Assembly: GCA_030704615.1 (NCBI GenBank)
Contig: CM060733.1
Coordinates: 72,726,001-72,790,000, forward strand
Source: Takakia lepidozioides
Lineage: Eukaryota > Plantae > Bryophyta
DNA: 64,000 nt
Reading direction: 5' to 3'
Numbering within the stretch: position 1 is the first letter of the stretch; every line of letters starts with the position of its first letter. The notes below the pieces were generated by a model that was given only the letters and a program-made list of their open reading frames with translations, was not told the DNA's origin and made no database searches. Positions 46,838 through 59,800 of the stretch are shown piece after piece. The translations under genes were made by a program, and so were the position numbers.

Positions 46838-48439
46838 CTCACTTCGGTAAGCTCCCCCTCAAGTCATAGTTACTCGCTTTGATGCGCGCACCTGACTCCC
46901 AACCTGGCCGCCGGGCCAACTTGGAGCTTCGGCTGCTCACCGGGGCATAACGGTCCCCCTTTGTTCTCCCAAAGAACCCTCCACCGATTTGGAACCAGCG
47001 GGAATTCCCTTTGGTAGTTGGCAGTCCAGAACAGCTCCCCACTCTTTGGTCGCTTTCCGGCTCGCTCGCTTACTCACTAGTTTTTGGTCACCAACGGGCT
47101 TGCACCGTTCTCGGGGTTACTACTCCCTATATAAACTTCTATAGCTGTCCGCGGGGGTTTCACAACCAGCCATGCCATTTTATGGCGAACCACCACGAAA
47201 ACCCTCGACTCCCGGTGATGAGTCGCGGTGAGTCTTGGCCCACTCACCACGGCCCCCATGGACCGTGATGAGTCCCAAGACTCCCCACGACTCCCACCAC
47301 GAGGTCTCCGCCCCCATGGTGAGTCCTATGCCACCCCCACTAAGTCTCGCTAAGCTACCACCACCCCATACCTATCGCTGTCGCTGCCCCCACCACAGGG
47401 GCAGCCCCTCATGTGTCCCGACCCCCTGCCCTCAAGGCAAAGGGCCGCGACACACACCCCTACCAACAGGGAGTCGATGTCCTCATCGACTTGTCCATTT
47501 TGTAGAAACGAACATCCAAGTTGTGGCGTCCCACATCAAGGAGTTTGTTTCCGTACCATGGCGTCCCATGGCAAAGAACCAAACCCCACACTTGACTCTA
47601 CTCTCCACTAGCTAGTTCGGCCGACTTCCTCCAAGTCCCGGCCAAGGGTGGAGCCTCTCCAGCTCCTCCCAGTGCACTCTTCTTGGCCTACTTCAAGGCC
47701 AAGGAACGATCCTCCCCGAGGATCGAATCGCCTTACTGCAACAACATTGCTTGCGACCGCTCATGATGCCGCTTTTGGCATCACCTTGAGCAAGGGTTCC
47801 CTGGAACCCTCTTTGACTAGGAAGATAACCTTGAACCAACCGTGCGCCCCAATCACTACAATTGGGTCCGCCTTGGAATGCTGGCCTGAGGTACGGGAAC
47901 ACGTCGAAGCCGCACTACAACTTCGTCCCGAGGCTACACGATTATAGTACGTGAACGGAAGCACGTAGCTTCCGCGTTAGCCGCACTACAAGGCAACCCC
48001 CTCGGTAGCGCAGTTATAGTACGCGCACGCGCCAGGTGCGCACTAGCACGTGAACTCCCAAAGAAGGCGCAAGTTTCCTTGCCCCTTGGATGAGGGTCAC
48101 CCGATTTCGGCACTACGCAAACACACGATTAACCCAATTTACCTCTCCCACTTTTATAAGCTAGCATGCATTCTACACACTAGCCAACCATATCATGCAT
48201 CACCATTCCAAACAAAATAGGACGCACAACATTTGGAATCCATTTCATTTATAGCACGTTTTGTACAATACAAGTTTTTGCAATCGGATTCCTAAGCTAG
48301 CTAAACCGGGCTAAGCATGCATTTCCTCCCCCACGCTCCAAGGTTGATGTCCCCATCAACGCTTCTTCCGCTTTTGAGGTCGCCCTTCGAAAGCTGCAAC
48401 CGCCTCGGATGCATTTCCCATTTCTGAGGCACGCACGCA

Positions 48440-50125
48440 AGATGGACGTCCAGTGGCTTACGAAAGTAAGAAATTGAATGAAGTGGAGCGACGGTGGCCG
48501 ACGCACGAAAAAGAGATGAAGGCGGTGGTGCACTGTCTTGAGCTTTGGCGCCACTATGTTGGTTCCAACCCGGTGAAGGTGTTCACGGACAATGTCACAG
48601 TGAAGTATTTTGCCACGCAGCCCAAGTTGTCCCCAAAACAACTTAGGTAGCAAGATACTTTGGCGGTGTTCGACGTGGATATCCAGTACAAACCGGGGCG
48701 AGACAACGTGGTGGCTGATGCTTTAAGTAGAAAGCAGCAGCTCTTGTTGGTGTACAAGGGCGAGACGGCGCTCCAAAGGAAGATCCGGAAGGCTTGCCGG
48801 AAGGATGAGCTGGCGAAGTCCGTGATGCAGGACTTGAGGATGGGGGTTAAATCGCAGTTCCACTTGCAAAATGGACTGCTCTGGTATAAGCAAAAGCGTC
48901 TCTACGTGCCGAAGGGAGGGATCAGAGATAGCCTCTTGAGAGAATGCCATGATAGCCCGCTTGCGGGCCACGGCGGAGCCAAGCGCACTGCGGCACTCTT
49001 GAAGAAAGAGTATTTCTGGCCCAAACTGAGGGAGGAGGCAGAGGAGTATATCAAGACATGCACCACATGCCAACAAAACCGGAGCGAGTACAAAAAGCAA
49101 GCGGGGCTGTTACAACCCTTGCCAGTTCCAGAGGGGACTTGGGAAAGCGTCTCGATGGATTTCATGACTGCTATGCCGCTGTCAAAAGGATTCGATGCAA
49201 TCATGGTGGTGGTGGATAGGTTCAGTAAAATGGGCCATTTCATCCCCACCAAGGAGACGGCAACGGCGCAGGAGACAGGGCGACTTTACTTCGCCCACGT
49301 CTTAAATCATCATGGAGTCCCGAAGGATATTGTCTCGAACCGCGATCCAAAGTTTACGAGTAAATTTTGGAAGGCACTTTGGAAGAAGATGGGGACGAGG
49401 CTGAAGATGAGCACCGCCTTCCGACCTACAACCGACGACCAAACAGAAAGAGTGAATTCCGTAGTGAAGCAGATCTTGCGGAATTACGTGTCGGCAGACC
49501 AAACAGACTGGGTGGAATACTTAGACGCGGCAGAGTTCTGTTATAATAACACAGAACACTCCGCAACGGGAGTTTCCCCTTTCGTATTGGTCTATGGAAA
49601 AGCACCTCTGGTGCCGACAAGTTGGGCCGCCCAGGACGTTGAGGAACTGGCAGTAGCGGCGGTACTGGAAGAACACGAGCGTTTGTTGAAGCTCGCAAAG
49701 TACAACATTGCCAAAGCTAGGAAACGGTATGAAAGGCAGGCGAATCGGAAGCGGAGGGAAGTGAAGTTTGAGGCAGGTACAGAGGTCTGGTTGAACATCA
49801 AGAATTTCCGACTACCTCCGGAAGTGAGTCCGAAGTTCATACCTCCGTATGCGGGACCCTTTCGCATTCGGAAGGTTATGAATGGGGATGTGTATGAATT
49901 GGAGCTGCCGGCAAACAGTAAGGTGCACCCAGTATTCCATGTATCTCTTTTGAAGCCTTACTTCAAAGATGAAGCGCGTCCAAATCGGCATCAAGTGTTG
50001 CGTCCGCCACCTATGCTGTTGGATCATGAAAATGAACCCGAGTACGAGGTGGAGGCAATACTTAAGTCGAGGAGGTTCAAGAACCGAGAAACGGAGTATC
50101 TCGTCAAATGGAAGGGCTATCATCA
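48440..50125 (+). mobile_element. pol: Chromovirus (Gypsy) pol fragment: RNase H end, integrase, chromodomain
   Basis: VAYESKKL, HEKEM, FTDN; HDSPLAGH..CTTCQ; SMDF; QTERVN; PYAGPF; VHPVFHVSLLK; EYEVEAIL..EYLVKWKGY. One TAG at 48648; cut off mid-chromodomain. Confidence 0.92.
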
Positions 50126-50776
50126 TGTGGGAACACTAACCCCCATAGTGTCGAATATCTGTGAAGTCTAGCTTCTCTTTCATCACTCATGTCCCATGTC
50201 TTTCATATCTTTAATGAGGCAATAACCAAAACTCTCTTCTGTAGTACCTCTCGTATATACCTGGATTTCTCTCAAGCTTTAATGCACCCCTGGCTATACT
50301 AGAAGTCTCTGTTACCATATAGTCATATGGCAAGCACGTCTGGAAAGCTGTTCTTGGTGTAAGTTCGATCCACATGATATTCTTAGGAATCTAATTCTTT
50401 ACCAGTACCAGTTCTTCATGCATATGAGTGTAAACATTCACTTTCCGTTTCTCCCAGCCTTCAAACTCCACTCATTTAATGGATGGCAACGCTATCACAT
50501 AAACCAGTGTTGGTAACCAACTTGCTCTCCCTCTACAGGCCACTTGATAAATCTTTATCACTCCTTTCTCCAGACCCCACTCAGGATGCATCATGCACTC
50601 TCTTAAGAATGTTTTCTTTGCAACCGTCTGGCAATTCCAAAAACCTCTGAAAGAATTGTTTGGACAATCTTTCTTTCTCAGTTCCACAGGGAATTTGATT
50701 CACATCAAATTCTTTGATTCTCCAACCACCATGATCCCACCAGATGTCTATCACATCTGGTTGTTCTTGACCCAGT

Positions 50777-50794
50777 TCCCCAGTATGGTCGCCA
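50777..50794 (-). promoter_or_regulatory. Primer-binding site (tRNA-Arg-like, Tat/Ogre type)
   Basis: TGGCGACCATACTGGGGA lies 2 nt after an LTR end (..TTGACA at 50797). Confidence 0.7.
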
Positions 50795-50796
50795 AA

Positions 50797-51550
50797 TGTC
50801 AAGTGGCTCTTACTCACCCATCCCTTCGCTATCCGAGGTGGGAACTCCAAGATAGAAGAGTTGGATATCTCTAAGCACTCAGCCCGCTCAGAACAATCAG
50901 TCATGACCTACAACTAGTGTATCATGGAAGTGCTTCTTGTTTGTATTCTTTCTTGCCTTCATGTCAGCGAATTACCTTACTGTTTATATATAAGCATCAA
51001 ATTGCTTCAGCAATCTACCATGTTCCAATCACTCATCCCTTCATTCCACAACTTCACTCAGGTCTCTCTACACAGTGTGAGTATGGAATATGTATCAGAT
51101 TATGATCTATCAAATGTCAGGCCGAAGCCATGGTGTCCCTAGTCTGCTCTACAGTATAACTCTACGGCTTGCATGATTCAAGCATCAACAGTTCGCGACT
51201 CCTCCTTCACTGCGCTCTTCATTCCTCAGCTCCAGATCGTCCCTCTTTTCCCGATGGCCAAGTCGTGATCGTAGTGTCCTCCCTCCATTGCTACTCTGTC
51301 TTTTCTACCTGCAAGCTGTTCTAACTGCCTAACTAATTAACTGTCATCCAGATAGAATACACGTTCTCGCTGCTGATGTCGTTCCCACACAGACGTTCCC
51401 TGCGAATGTTGTGACAGGCTGTGCCCAACTTTGTCGGCTGTGACTGGCTGTGTCGGACTGCTCAGGGCTGTGATTGGCTGTGTTGAGTTGTGTTTTAGTT
51501 TGGGGCACCTGAAGGAAATCTGGGGCACCCATGGCAGGATGGTCCTCGAG
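50797..51550 (-). repeat. 5' LTR of a truncated relative of the Gypsy element at 55862-64000
   Basis: 50810-51400 aligns by eye with 55875-56420 (ACTCACCCATCCCTTCGCTATCCGAGG..GAACAATCAGTCATGACCTACA). Followed on the minus strand by the PBS. Confidence 0.8.
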
Positions 51551-54500
51551 TATCCAATCTTTTTTCATTTAGTTTAGGAACCAAAAGTCATTCCAAGGCT
51601 ATTTTAGTATAGGATCATCAACTTGGGGGGCGGATATGTCGTGAGCGTGAGCTTGAGCGGTTGGTTCGGGTCAGGTTCGGGTCCGGGAATATTATGGGAA
51701 TATTCCAATAACAGAAAGAAAAATATCCTAACAAATATTCGAATATACCAGGAATATCTTATGAGTATCCCAAGAATATGTCAAGAATATCCCAAGAATA
51801 TACAAATATGCCTAGAATATACCAAGATTATTCGAATATGCCAAGAATACCTTTTCTGGCAGTGAGTGTTTGGGTGCATGTTGAATATTTCTGTGGCAAA
51901 TCGACAGTTCCACGCGGAACTGTCCTATGTTTCATTTTCACGGATTCAGCATTTCTTGCATGAATTCGTAGTTCCGCGCGGAACTACGAGCTTCGGGTTT
52001 TACTTACAAGTTAGGTTTGGGTTAGGTTCGGGGGTAAAATTAGGTGGAATCTTCGTCATCATCTAGGGGATTCGAAGCGAGTCCGGTGGGGGAGAATGAC
52101 GGTTTTGAAACGTTTTTTATCTGGGAACTCAAACTCTCTCCGAAGAGGGCGAGTCGGGTGACTGTGAAACTTTTTTTGTCTTTTTATTTTGATTTTTCCA
52201 CTTCTCTCCCAGAAGACTTGAACTCTCTCCGCACAGGAAGAGCCCATGAGAAGCTTCCACTCTTCATCTTTTACGGGAGTCATTGACTCCAAGGGATATC
52301 AGAGATAGTAGGGGGATTTACGAACCAGAGATCCTGGATTCTTTCACACTCGGGACGAGTGTTCCCCATTGGTCGCCATATATGTAGATGCATAAATGGG
52401 TACAATTTTATTTTCGGATCGTTTTTTATCCTTAGCTAGGCAGTTTCGGCATTGTACTGCCAAATTATCACAAGTTGTTAGTTGTTTGGGAACCGCTGGT
52501 GAAGCACTTAGGAATTAGATTAAGTCTGAGACGAGCATCGAGTGGCACTCTGGCGTCAAAACAACAGTAGGAAAGCTGCAAAGACAGCATAGTAGGCTAC
52601 CAATTCGGTACAACTAGCGAGCCATGCCATCGAGCCATTAGAGCATCCCAAGCTCACATTGCTCCTAAGGTTGATAAACCACTTACCTTACTTTGCAAGC
52701 TTGATGTTTACTTTTGCTATTCTATGAGAATTTGCAAGACAAGTCCATGAGAGTCTGTCTTTTATATGTGAAAAACTAACCCTCTAAGGAAAGATGAGAG
52801 CTTAGTTGAGAGAGAAAAGTTTATTTGTTTAAGGAGCAGGGACTCCATTGTTGGTTGAGTAATATGACGTGGTACATTTGTAAAGGAGAAGGAAACTTCC
52901 TTAAGGGCTAAGAGTGAGAAGGCCTCTTAGGTTGGCTATACTCACTCACTAACCCCCCTAAAAAGACAGGGAAAATCTTAGAAGTATGGGGTGGGGTTTT
53001 GTTTTTTTGTTTTTTGTAGTTTATTCCCATTATGAGGCGCCATTGAGGCCCGCTCAAGCAGGGATAGAGTCGCCATAAGCTTAAGAAGCGAAAGGTCTCT
53101 GTGCGCTGGGCCCCCGCAGCCACGCGCCATGGCGCTGAGAATGCAGGGCCTGCGTTGACTGTTGTACTTGAGGAAAGGACATACACGCACGGCAAAGCAG
53201 CAGCGTGGGGGGGGGGGGGGGCTGAGCGCCCCGCACCTAGGACCGCTGGGCGGCCGCGATTGGCGGCGGACTGCTGGACGGCGGAGTAGACATACACTGG
53301 ACGGACCGCTGGGTAAACCGCACGTGCGGCCGTGCCTGCGCATGCCTCGCCACGTGTCCAGGGAGCTTTTACCCAGTGGACGCCCCCACGGGGGGTTTGT
53401 TTAAGGGGGTTTTTTGAACCCTTCTCTATTGTTTATTGGGGATAGCCCCTTAGCTTTGATTTTTGTTGTGTCAACAGATTTAATGTTGGGAAAAATCCGA
53501 GAGTCGGGGAGGAGATAGCCTAGAGAGCGGCCTCTCTTTAGGATGGGGCCTCTGAGAGTGAGGATTCCCGAACCCCGAGCTACACACCGAGATAGCGGCG
53601 GAGAGATTTTGGGTACAAACTAATCTATCCTAGTTTTTAGGCTACAGTAGTGAATAGTGTAAGGGAGAAGGGTAGGGGATGACTTATTCTAAGGTAGGAA
53701 AGCGCTCTTGCTCCCTTATTTAATTATATCCTATAAGCGCCTAGAGGGAGAAAAGGCTGGGCCCACCAAGGAGGGTAGGTTGAGGCAGCGCCTCGCACGT
53801 TTTGGCTGGTGGATGAACCGCGATTTCATCCGCCTTCATTTTTTCATCTGTCAGGCAGGGGCAGTGGTTCCCCCCCCGTGTGGGAACGGTTCCTCGGAGT
53901 TCCCACAGATCATGTGCGTTCTCAGGGCATTCCCCGTGGCCCCTGCAGGTAATTCCTGGATCCCTGGAATCTGGAGCAGATTCTCTGCTCAGTTGTATTT
54001 TTTATGATTGTTCCATTTATTTATTTATTTCTGGTTATTTGTTTGGAAGGAAAATAAGAGAAATTGGCTTGTAGCCTTGGAGTTGATTTAAACCCTTCAA
54101 TCCCTACATTTGGGAAGTTCGGAAGGGGTTTTTGGCCCGTCCTGAGATGTGCTTGAACTCAATCACCCAGGAATCGGAGGGGCATTGGGGAAGGGAGGAT
54201 CTCCCTTGCTCTCTAAACCTGATAGGTGCTTTGTGAAGGGACGAAGGGAAGTCCCGGCTATAAGCGGCTCGGGGGTTTAGGCTTGTAGGACTTAGTAATA
54301 AAAAAAGACTTGGAGGGCAATTAAAAAACTAAAAATACATAAAAAGACTGTAGGAACTAGAAATGCAACCTTACCCTGTGAAGTAAAAATTGTATTTTCT
54401 TTGCTGGTATAATTAGAATTGTTTGAAGATCCCCGCCACTAGCATTGCCACGGACCCCTGCACGAACCACAGTCGGGTGGGCGGTTCTTGAGCCCAACCC

Positions 54501-54661
54501 ATTCCGCTACACACCTCGACCCCTCCTAGCTAGTATGCCGTCACCCTGACCGCGCGCATCCTGGGCTCGTCACTGACACGCACTTTGTATTGCATTATGT
54601 TGGGGAGGAGGAAAAATAATTTTCTCTTTGCTACCACAGTGAGAAGCTGGCCATTGGTTTT

Positions 54662-55130
54662 GTGTCTAGAGACAAAGATCAAATGATTCGGGAAAGGGTG
54701 ACACCCAATCAGGTTACATTTGTCGGTGTTCTGAAGGCTTGTGCCAGATTGACAGGTCTGGAGAAGGGCAAACAGGTCCATGCTGACACCTTGAAAGCTG
54801 GAATTGAGCCAGATATCATTCTGGACACTGCCTTGGTCGACATGTATGCCAAATGTGGCAGCATAATAATGCACGTCAAGTGTTTGACAATATGTGTCAA
54901 CGAAATGTGGTCTCATGAAATGCAATGATCACAGGATATGCCCACTATGGGAGTGGTAGGAAGGCTTTGGAGGTCTATGAGCAATTGATGAAAGAAGGGG
55001 TAACCCGGACAAGGTCACATTTGTCTGTGTTCTCAATGTTTGTGCCAACTTGGCAACTCTGGAGAAGGGCAAAGAGGTCCATACTGACATTAAGAATGCT
55101 GGAATTGTGCCAGGTATCTTCCTAGAGAAT
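54662..55130 (+). pseudogene. PLS-class pentatricopeptide repeat gene fragment, frameshifted
   Basis: VTPNQVTFVGVLKAC..LEKGKQVH..TALVDMYAKCGS, then NAMITGYAHYG.GRKALEVYEQLMKEGV. Ends where the MULE TIR begins. Confidence 0.85.
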
Positions 55131-55135
55131 ACCAT

Positions 55136-55861
55136 GGGGGGGCTCCTATTTCATGAGCGGCATGAGCATGAGCGGAAAAAAAAAAGCATGAGCGGACCAT
55201 TGTGTGTCCACGGAAATAGGGTTAGGAGGCACGGAAATAGGGTCATGTGAAGTTGGAATGTGGCACCAGTGGACTCGTCATAGCAATGAAATGCAACATT
55301 TTATTGCAAGGCGAAGGCGAACACATGCCTGTCGGACAACGTCCCTGCCCACATTGAAGCACCTGAGGGACAAAGCGGGTGGTTAGTAGCATGCGACATG
55401 CAATTGCAATCGGGCCAGGGGACAAAATGTGCACGTGAAGGCTTACCCGTGCCGCATGTGAGGTCAAGAATCCGCCCTTGGACATCCGAGCACGTCTCCA
55501 TGAGGGTTTGGATGAAAGCAGGGCTCCGGGTCCGGCTGTACAGCCACGGTTTGCCTGTCTTTGTGTCCTTCGGCATACTGGATTGGGGCACATAGTTGTA
55601 GAGGACATCGTAGGTAACAGGGTCCACAGCGGCATCAACAAGACGATCGTCATTGCGGAACTTGAACGTAGACCCTCTCTTCACAAAACAATATGCCTCA
55701 AACACCAATGTCTGCACATCCAATAAAAGAGGGATCCACTCCAGGGTCTAGCTTAGATACACCACAATATGAAGTGAATGCAATAGATTGATAACTTACA
55801 CTCTGGCCCTCTGTTCGCAACCCCTGCGTATTGATGCAGAACCATTTTTTGAGGAGGACCG
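55136..55861 (-). mobile_element. Internally deleted family-B MULE end, interrupted by a Gypsy LTR
   Basis: 55136-55309 matches 43195-43373, then jumps to the equivalent of ~44177 and follows it to ~44724. Confidence 0.9.
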
Positions 55862-56853
55862 TGTCGCGCGGCTTTTACTCACCCATCCCTTCGCTATCCG
55901 AGGCGGAAACTCCAAGATAGAAGAGTTGGAAATCTCTAAGTACTCAGCCCGCGCAGAACAATCAGTCATGACCTACAGCTAGTGTATCATGGGGGTGTTT
56001 CCTATTTGTTTCCCTTTTCGCATTCATCTTAGCTACCTTACCATTGATAATTACGTATTAGTTTCCTTCACTCCTCCATTCAATCCACAGCTTCACTCAG
56101 ATCTCTCTACACAGTGTGATTGTATCGTATAAATATCAGATTATGATTTATCAGGTATCAGGCCGAAGCCATTGTATCTCTATTCTCCTCTACAATATCC
56201 CTACGGCTTTGCATCTAACAAGCATCTACTAATCCTCCTTCATCGTGCTCTCCGATCTCCGCTTCCGCCTGACTCCCAAGTCCTCCCCGAATAATGATCT
56301 CATCATAATCCCCGTTCTTCCCTTTATCCTCCTATCCGCGGTTCTAACCGTTTCCCTCTCTAACCGTCGTATGTGAACTAACATGTTCCCTTCTCTGGTG
56401 TTGTTCCCCACAGTCGTTCCCTGTCCTACTCTTCGTTCCCTATTATCGTGACAGCTGTGTCAAGCGGTGACTGGCTGTGTTTGGCTGTGTCGGGCTGTGA
56501 CTGGCTGTGTGGCTATGCCGGGCTGTGACTGGCTGTGTGGGCTGTGTCTGCTGTGACGACTGTGACGGGCTGTGTGGGCTGTGTGGGCTGTGACGGCTGT
56601 GACGGGCTGTGTTGGCTGTGACGGCTGTGTGGGCTGTGTGGGCTGTGACGGCTGTGTCGGGCTGTGTGGGCTGTGTCGGCTGTGTGGGCTGTGACGGCTG
56701 TGACGGGCTGTGACGGCTGTGTGGGCTGTGTAACCCCCTTCTACAGTGCTCTGCTGTCACCCCTAAGGTTCCTGTTTGTCTCAGTCTGTGCAAAAATTAA
56801 GGGTACCCTACAGATCCCGTATAAGTGTCTAAGTCCCCTACAGTCCTCTAACA
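55862..56853 (-). repeat. 3' LTR (~990 bp, TGT...ACA) containing a GGCTGTG minisatellite (56450-56730)
   Basis: Begins TGTTAG directly after the PPT and ends GCGACA exactly where the family-B sequence resumes. Confidence 0.85.
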
Positions 56854-56871
56854 TTACCCCTTCCCCCCTCA
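56854..56871 (-). promoter_or_regulatory. Polypurine tract
   Basis: GAGGGGGGAAGGGGTAA between the ORF stop (56892) and the LTR start. Confidence 0.85.
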
Positions 56872-56891
56872 AAAAGCCGTGTCCTCACGGT

Positions 56892-59800
56892 TTACTGTTT
56901 TCGAGTAGCAAACCTTTGTGAGTGATCACTTTGACGTTGAGAGTTTCGTGGTGGGCTGTGTGTACGAGCCCGAGGTCTGTCTCTGGTTGATGGAGATGGT
57001 TGATTACTACCTGGATAAGTGAGGCCTTCTGGAGGCTGATATCGAGGTAATCTTTCCGGCAGAGGAGATCCCCTTTGTTTCTTCGCTTCCATCTGAATTG
57101 TATAGTCTTCTCCCATGTCAAAAGAATTTTGTGAAGAACCAGTTGTATCAGAATCGTCATCGCCTCTTAGGTGTTTTAATTTTCGAACTTTTTGTGGAAT
57201 CATCTGGGGCATACAATGCTGTCCTACCATGTCTGGAAGTTTGCATTTTACAACCTGGTGCAACCGTTGAACAGCAAAATTGGTGTAGACACTGAGCTCC
57301 TTGTCTGTCCAAATGAGTGGGGTACCAATTACTGGTGCCGCGTGCAAGTATTTCCATGCGATATGTCCCTTATAGAAAATGTCATCAAGTCCGAATTTCT
57401 GTGTTGACAAATTGTTGCAGGCTGCTTGAAACCATGAACGAATTTGAGAATCCTTCTGTATCATAACTTTTGGGTCATATAGGTACATATGAGGTGGCAC
57501 CGAAGGTAATACCCAATGATCTCCACTGGAGTAACTTTGAAAGCGTGCTTGCATCTTTTGTTGCTCAATGTGGTAACGTATCAGAAAACAAGCAGCGTAG
57601 TATAGCCCGCACCCCATGACAATACTTGCTATCTCCTTGGTCTTGGTATAAATGAGTCCATGTACAACCTGGAAAGCAACCAATTCCCTCAACATTGTAC
57701 CTGCCTCGTGCCAGTATTGTGCAAAGTGATGATCTTCAATATGTCGATTGTTTGGAAGAACTTTAGTCCTGGTTGCCACTGGCAGCCAAATACGCATGAT
57801 TTGGTAGTAATGTGCGAATGACTGCGGAGGACTAAATTCTTTCCAAGCCAAATCCAACATGAATGGAATTTGGTTGAAGGGCATAATCATAGCCCTACTG
57901 TACTCCCTGGCAGCTGGAGTTTTAGGTGGGTTAAAAGCTGCATTGCCCCATACCTCCGGCTGTGGTGGCTGTGGTGTGGTTGTAGTAACCACAGGTTCAG
58001 TTACTGGTACACTGACCTGTTGTGGTGGTGGTGGTAGTGGTTCCTGTACCATTGGCATCTCTTGCACCTCCTGTGAAGACTGAAAAGCCAGAGTTCTGGC
58101 TTTCAAATAAGAAGCCATTAGCTGTTCCCGAGGGATATAGACTCTTTGGTCGATGTTTGAAGTGAGGTCTTCCACTTGAGTCTGGAGTCCGTCTACATCC
58201 TCTTGTAACTCTGCTATCCTACTATAGACATTGTCTATAGTAGTTGTGGCAATGTTCTGCACCTGCAGTCTAAGCTCATTCATCTCGCTTTGGGTGAGCT
58301 TCCGTGGGGCTTTGCCTTCTACTGGCCCTTGTGCTAGCCAGACCTGCATAAGGCTGTTATCCACCAAGCTGCTTGTGGTTCCCCTGAGAGTTTGCTCCTC
58401 TCTTAGCTTATACAATTCCAACTGCTGTTGTAAATCCTTCATGCGCTTCGCCTGTGGCTCAACCAATTGCGCATAGGCAACAAGTAGATTATTGGCTTCT
58501 TTCGAAGCCTTGTTACTGATTGAGATTTCATTTCTATTGGCCACGATGTTTTGTTGCAACTCCACGATGTATTTCTCATTCTCAGCTTCCATCTGCCTGT
58601 ATTGCTTGAGAGTATCTTCATTGCGACAGATTGTATTCTTCATATCGACAATGAGCTTCATGTGCTCCGCATTCTCTTCTTCTGCCTTCGTACATTTTTC
58701 CGCTTGACTGTTTATTTCTTTTGTTGATTGGTCAAGCATAGTTGTAATTGTAGCGCATTGTATTGCCATCCTGTTATGCACTCTTTGCAACTCCGTATGT
58801 AGTGCATTCAGTTCTTGCAACTTGCTTTCATGCTGCACCTGCATTTGGTATAGCTGTTGCTTATGTGCTTCGTGCAACTGGTCTTGCGCGAGGCCTGCCT
58901 CAATCAATTGTTGCTTGGCTAATTGCAAAGCCATTTCTGTATTGGCCAAGTCCTGCTTCATCTTGAGAGTGACCTCTTCATCGACCTTGTTTGCACACTC
59001 AGTGGCAAGTCGAGCCTCAAACTCCTTCCTGAGTTCTTCTTTCAAGGCTGTCAATTGGGTAATTGGAACATGGGTTTTGACATAAGTCCCCAACAAATTA
59101 AGTGTCCTGCCTATGGAACTCATCAGCATTTCCTGTTGAGGGTCATCATGGTGAGGTTGCTGCTGTTCCTCCCGATCTTCAACAGTATGATGTCTCACTA
59201 ACCATTCAGACCATTGTCCCACCGGATTTTCTTCCTGAACTACTTCATTCATGACCGGTGCTACAGTGTCATGGCCTTCTGCCTGTGGTACCTCCAACAC
59301 AGATGTGTGCATTATATGCACCTCAGGATTTCCTTTGGGCAACTGTTGCACCTCTGGGATTTCTGTCTCCTTTACCAGACCAGAATATTCATAGAGAAGG
59401 TCCCCTTTCTCTATTTCTGCCACTATCTGCTCTGTAGTTGGAATCTCTATCCCTTCACTTTCCAAATCAATTATTTCGGTTTGAGCTGCATGGATAACTT
59501 GTGACCTTGTGACAAGTCGTTCAAGTGGCTGTGTTGGTTGTGATGCAGAAGTAACTTCTTCCTCCCTCTCTGAAGGTCCTGCTTCCAGTAATAACATTCT
59601 TTTGTGCTGCTGTGCCCCTTCCTGGTTATGAGCTTGGGAAACATTATCATGCGGAATCCGTGAAGCCAGTGGATCCGCCACTACAGTCTTTCCCCTTCTC
59701 TGCCTCTTAGTCTCTGGTTGTGCTGCTAGTCCACCCTCACTGTGTGAAGAGCCTTGCTCTTCCATTGCAGTTGTTTCTGGCTCAAACACTCCCATTTCCT

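Noticed and set aside
46840-48430. Gag or LTR of the chromovirus
   Set aside because: No recognisable domain, PBS or LTR termini; left unannotated.
50126-51389. Solo LTR bounded by TGTGGGAAC...GTTCCCACA
   Set aside because: The flanks give no TSD and homology to the other LTR continues past 51389. The real LTR end is at 50797, next to a PBS.
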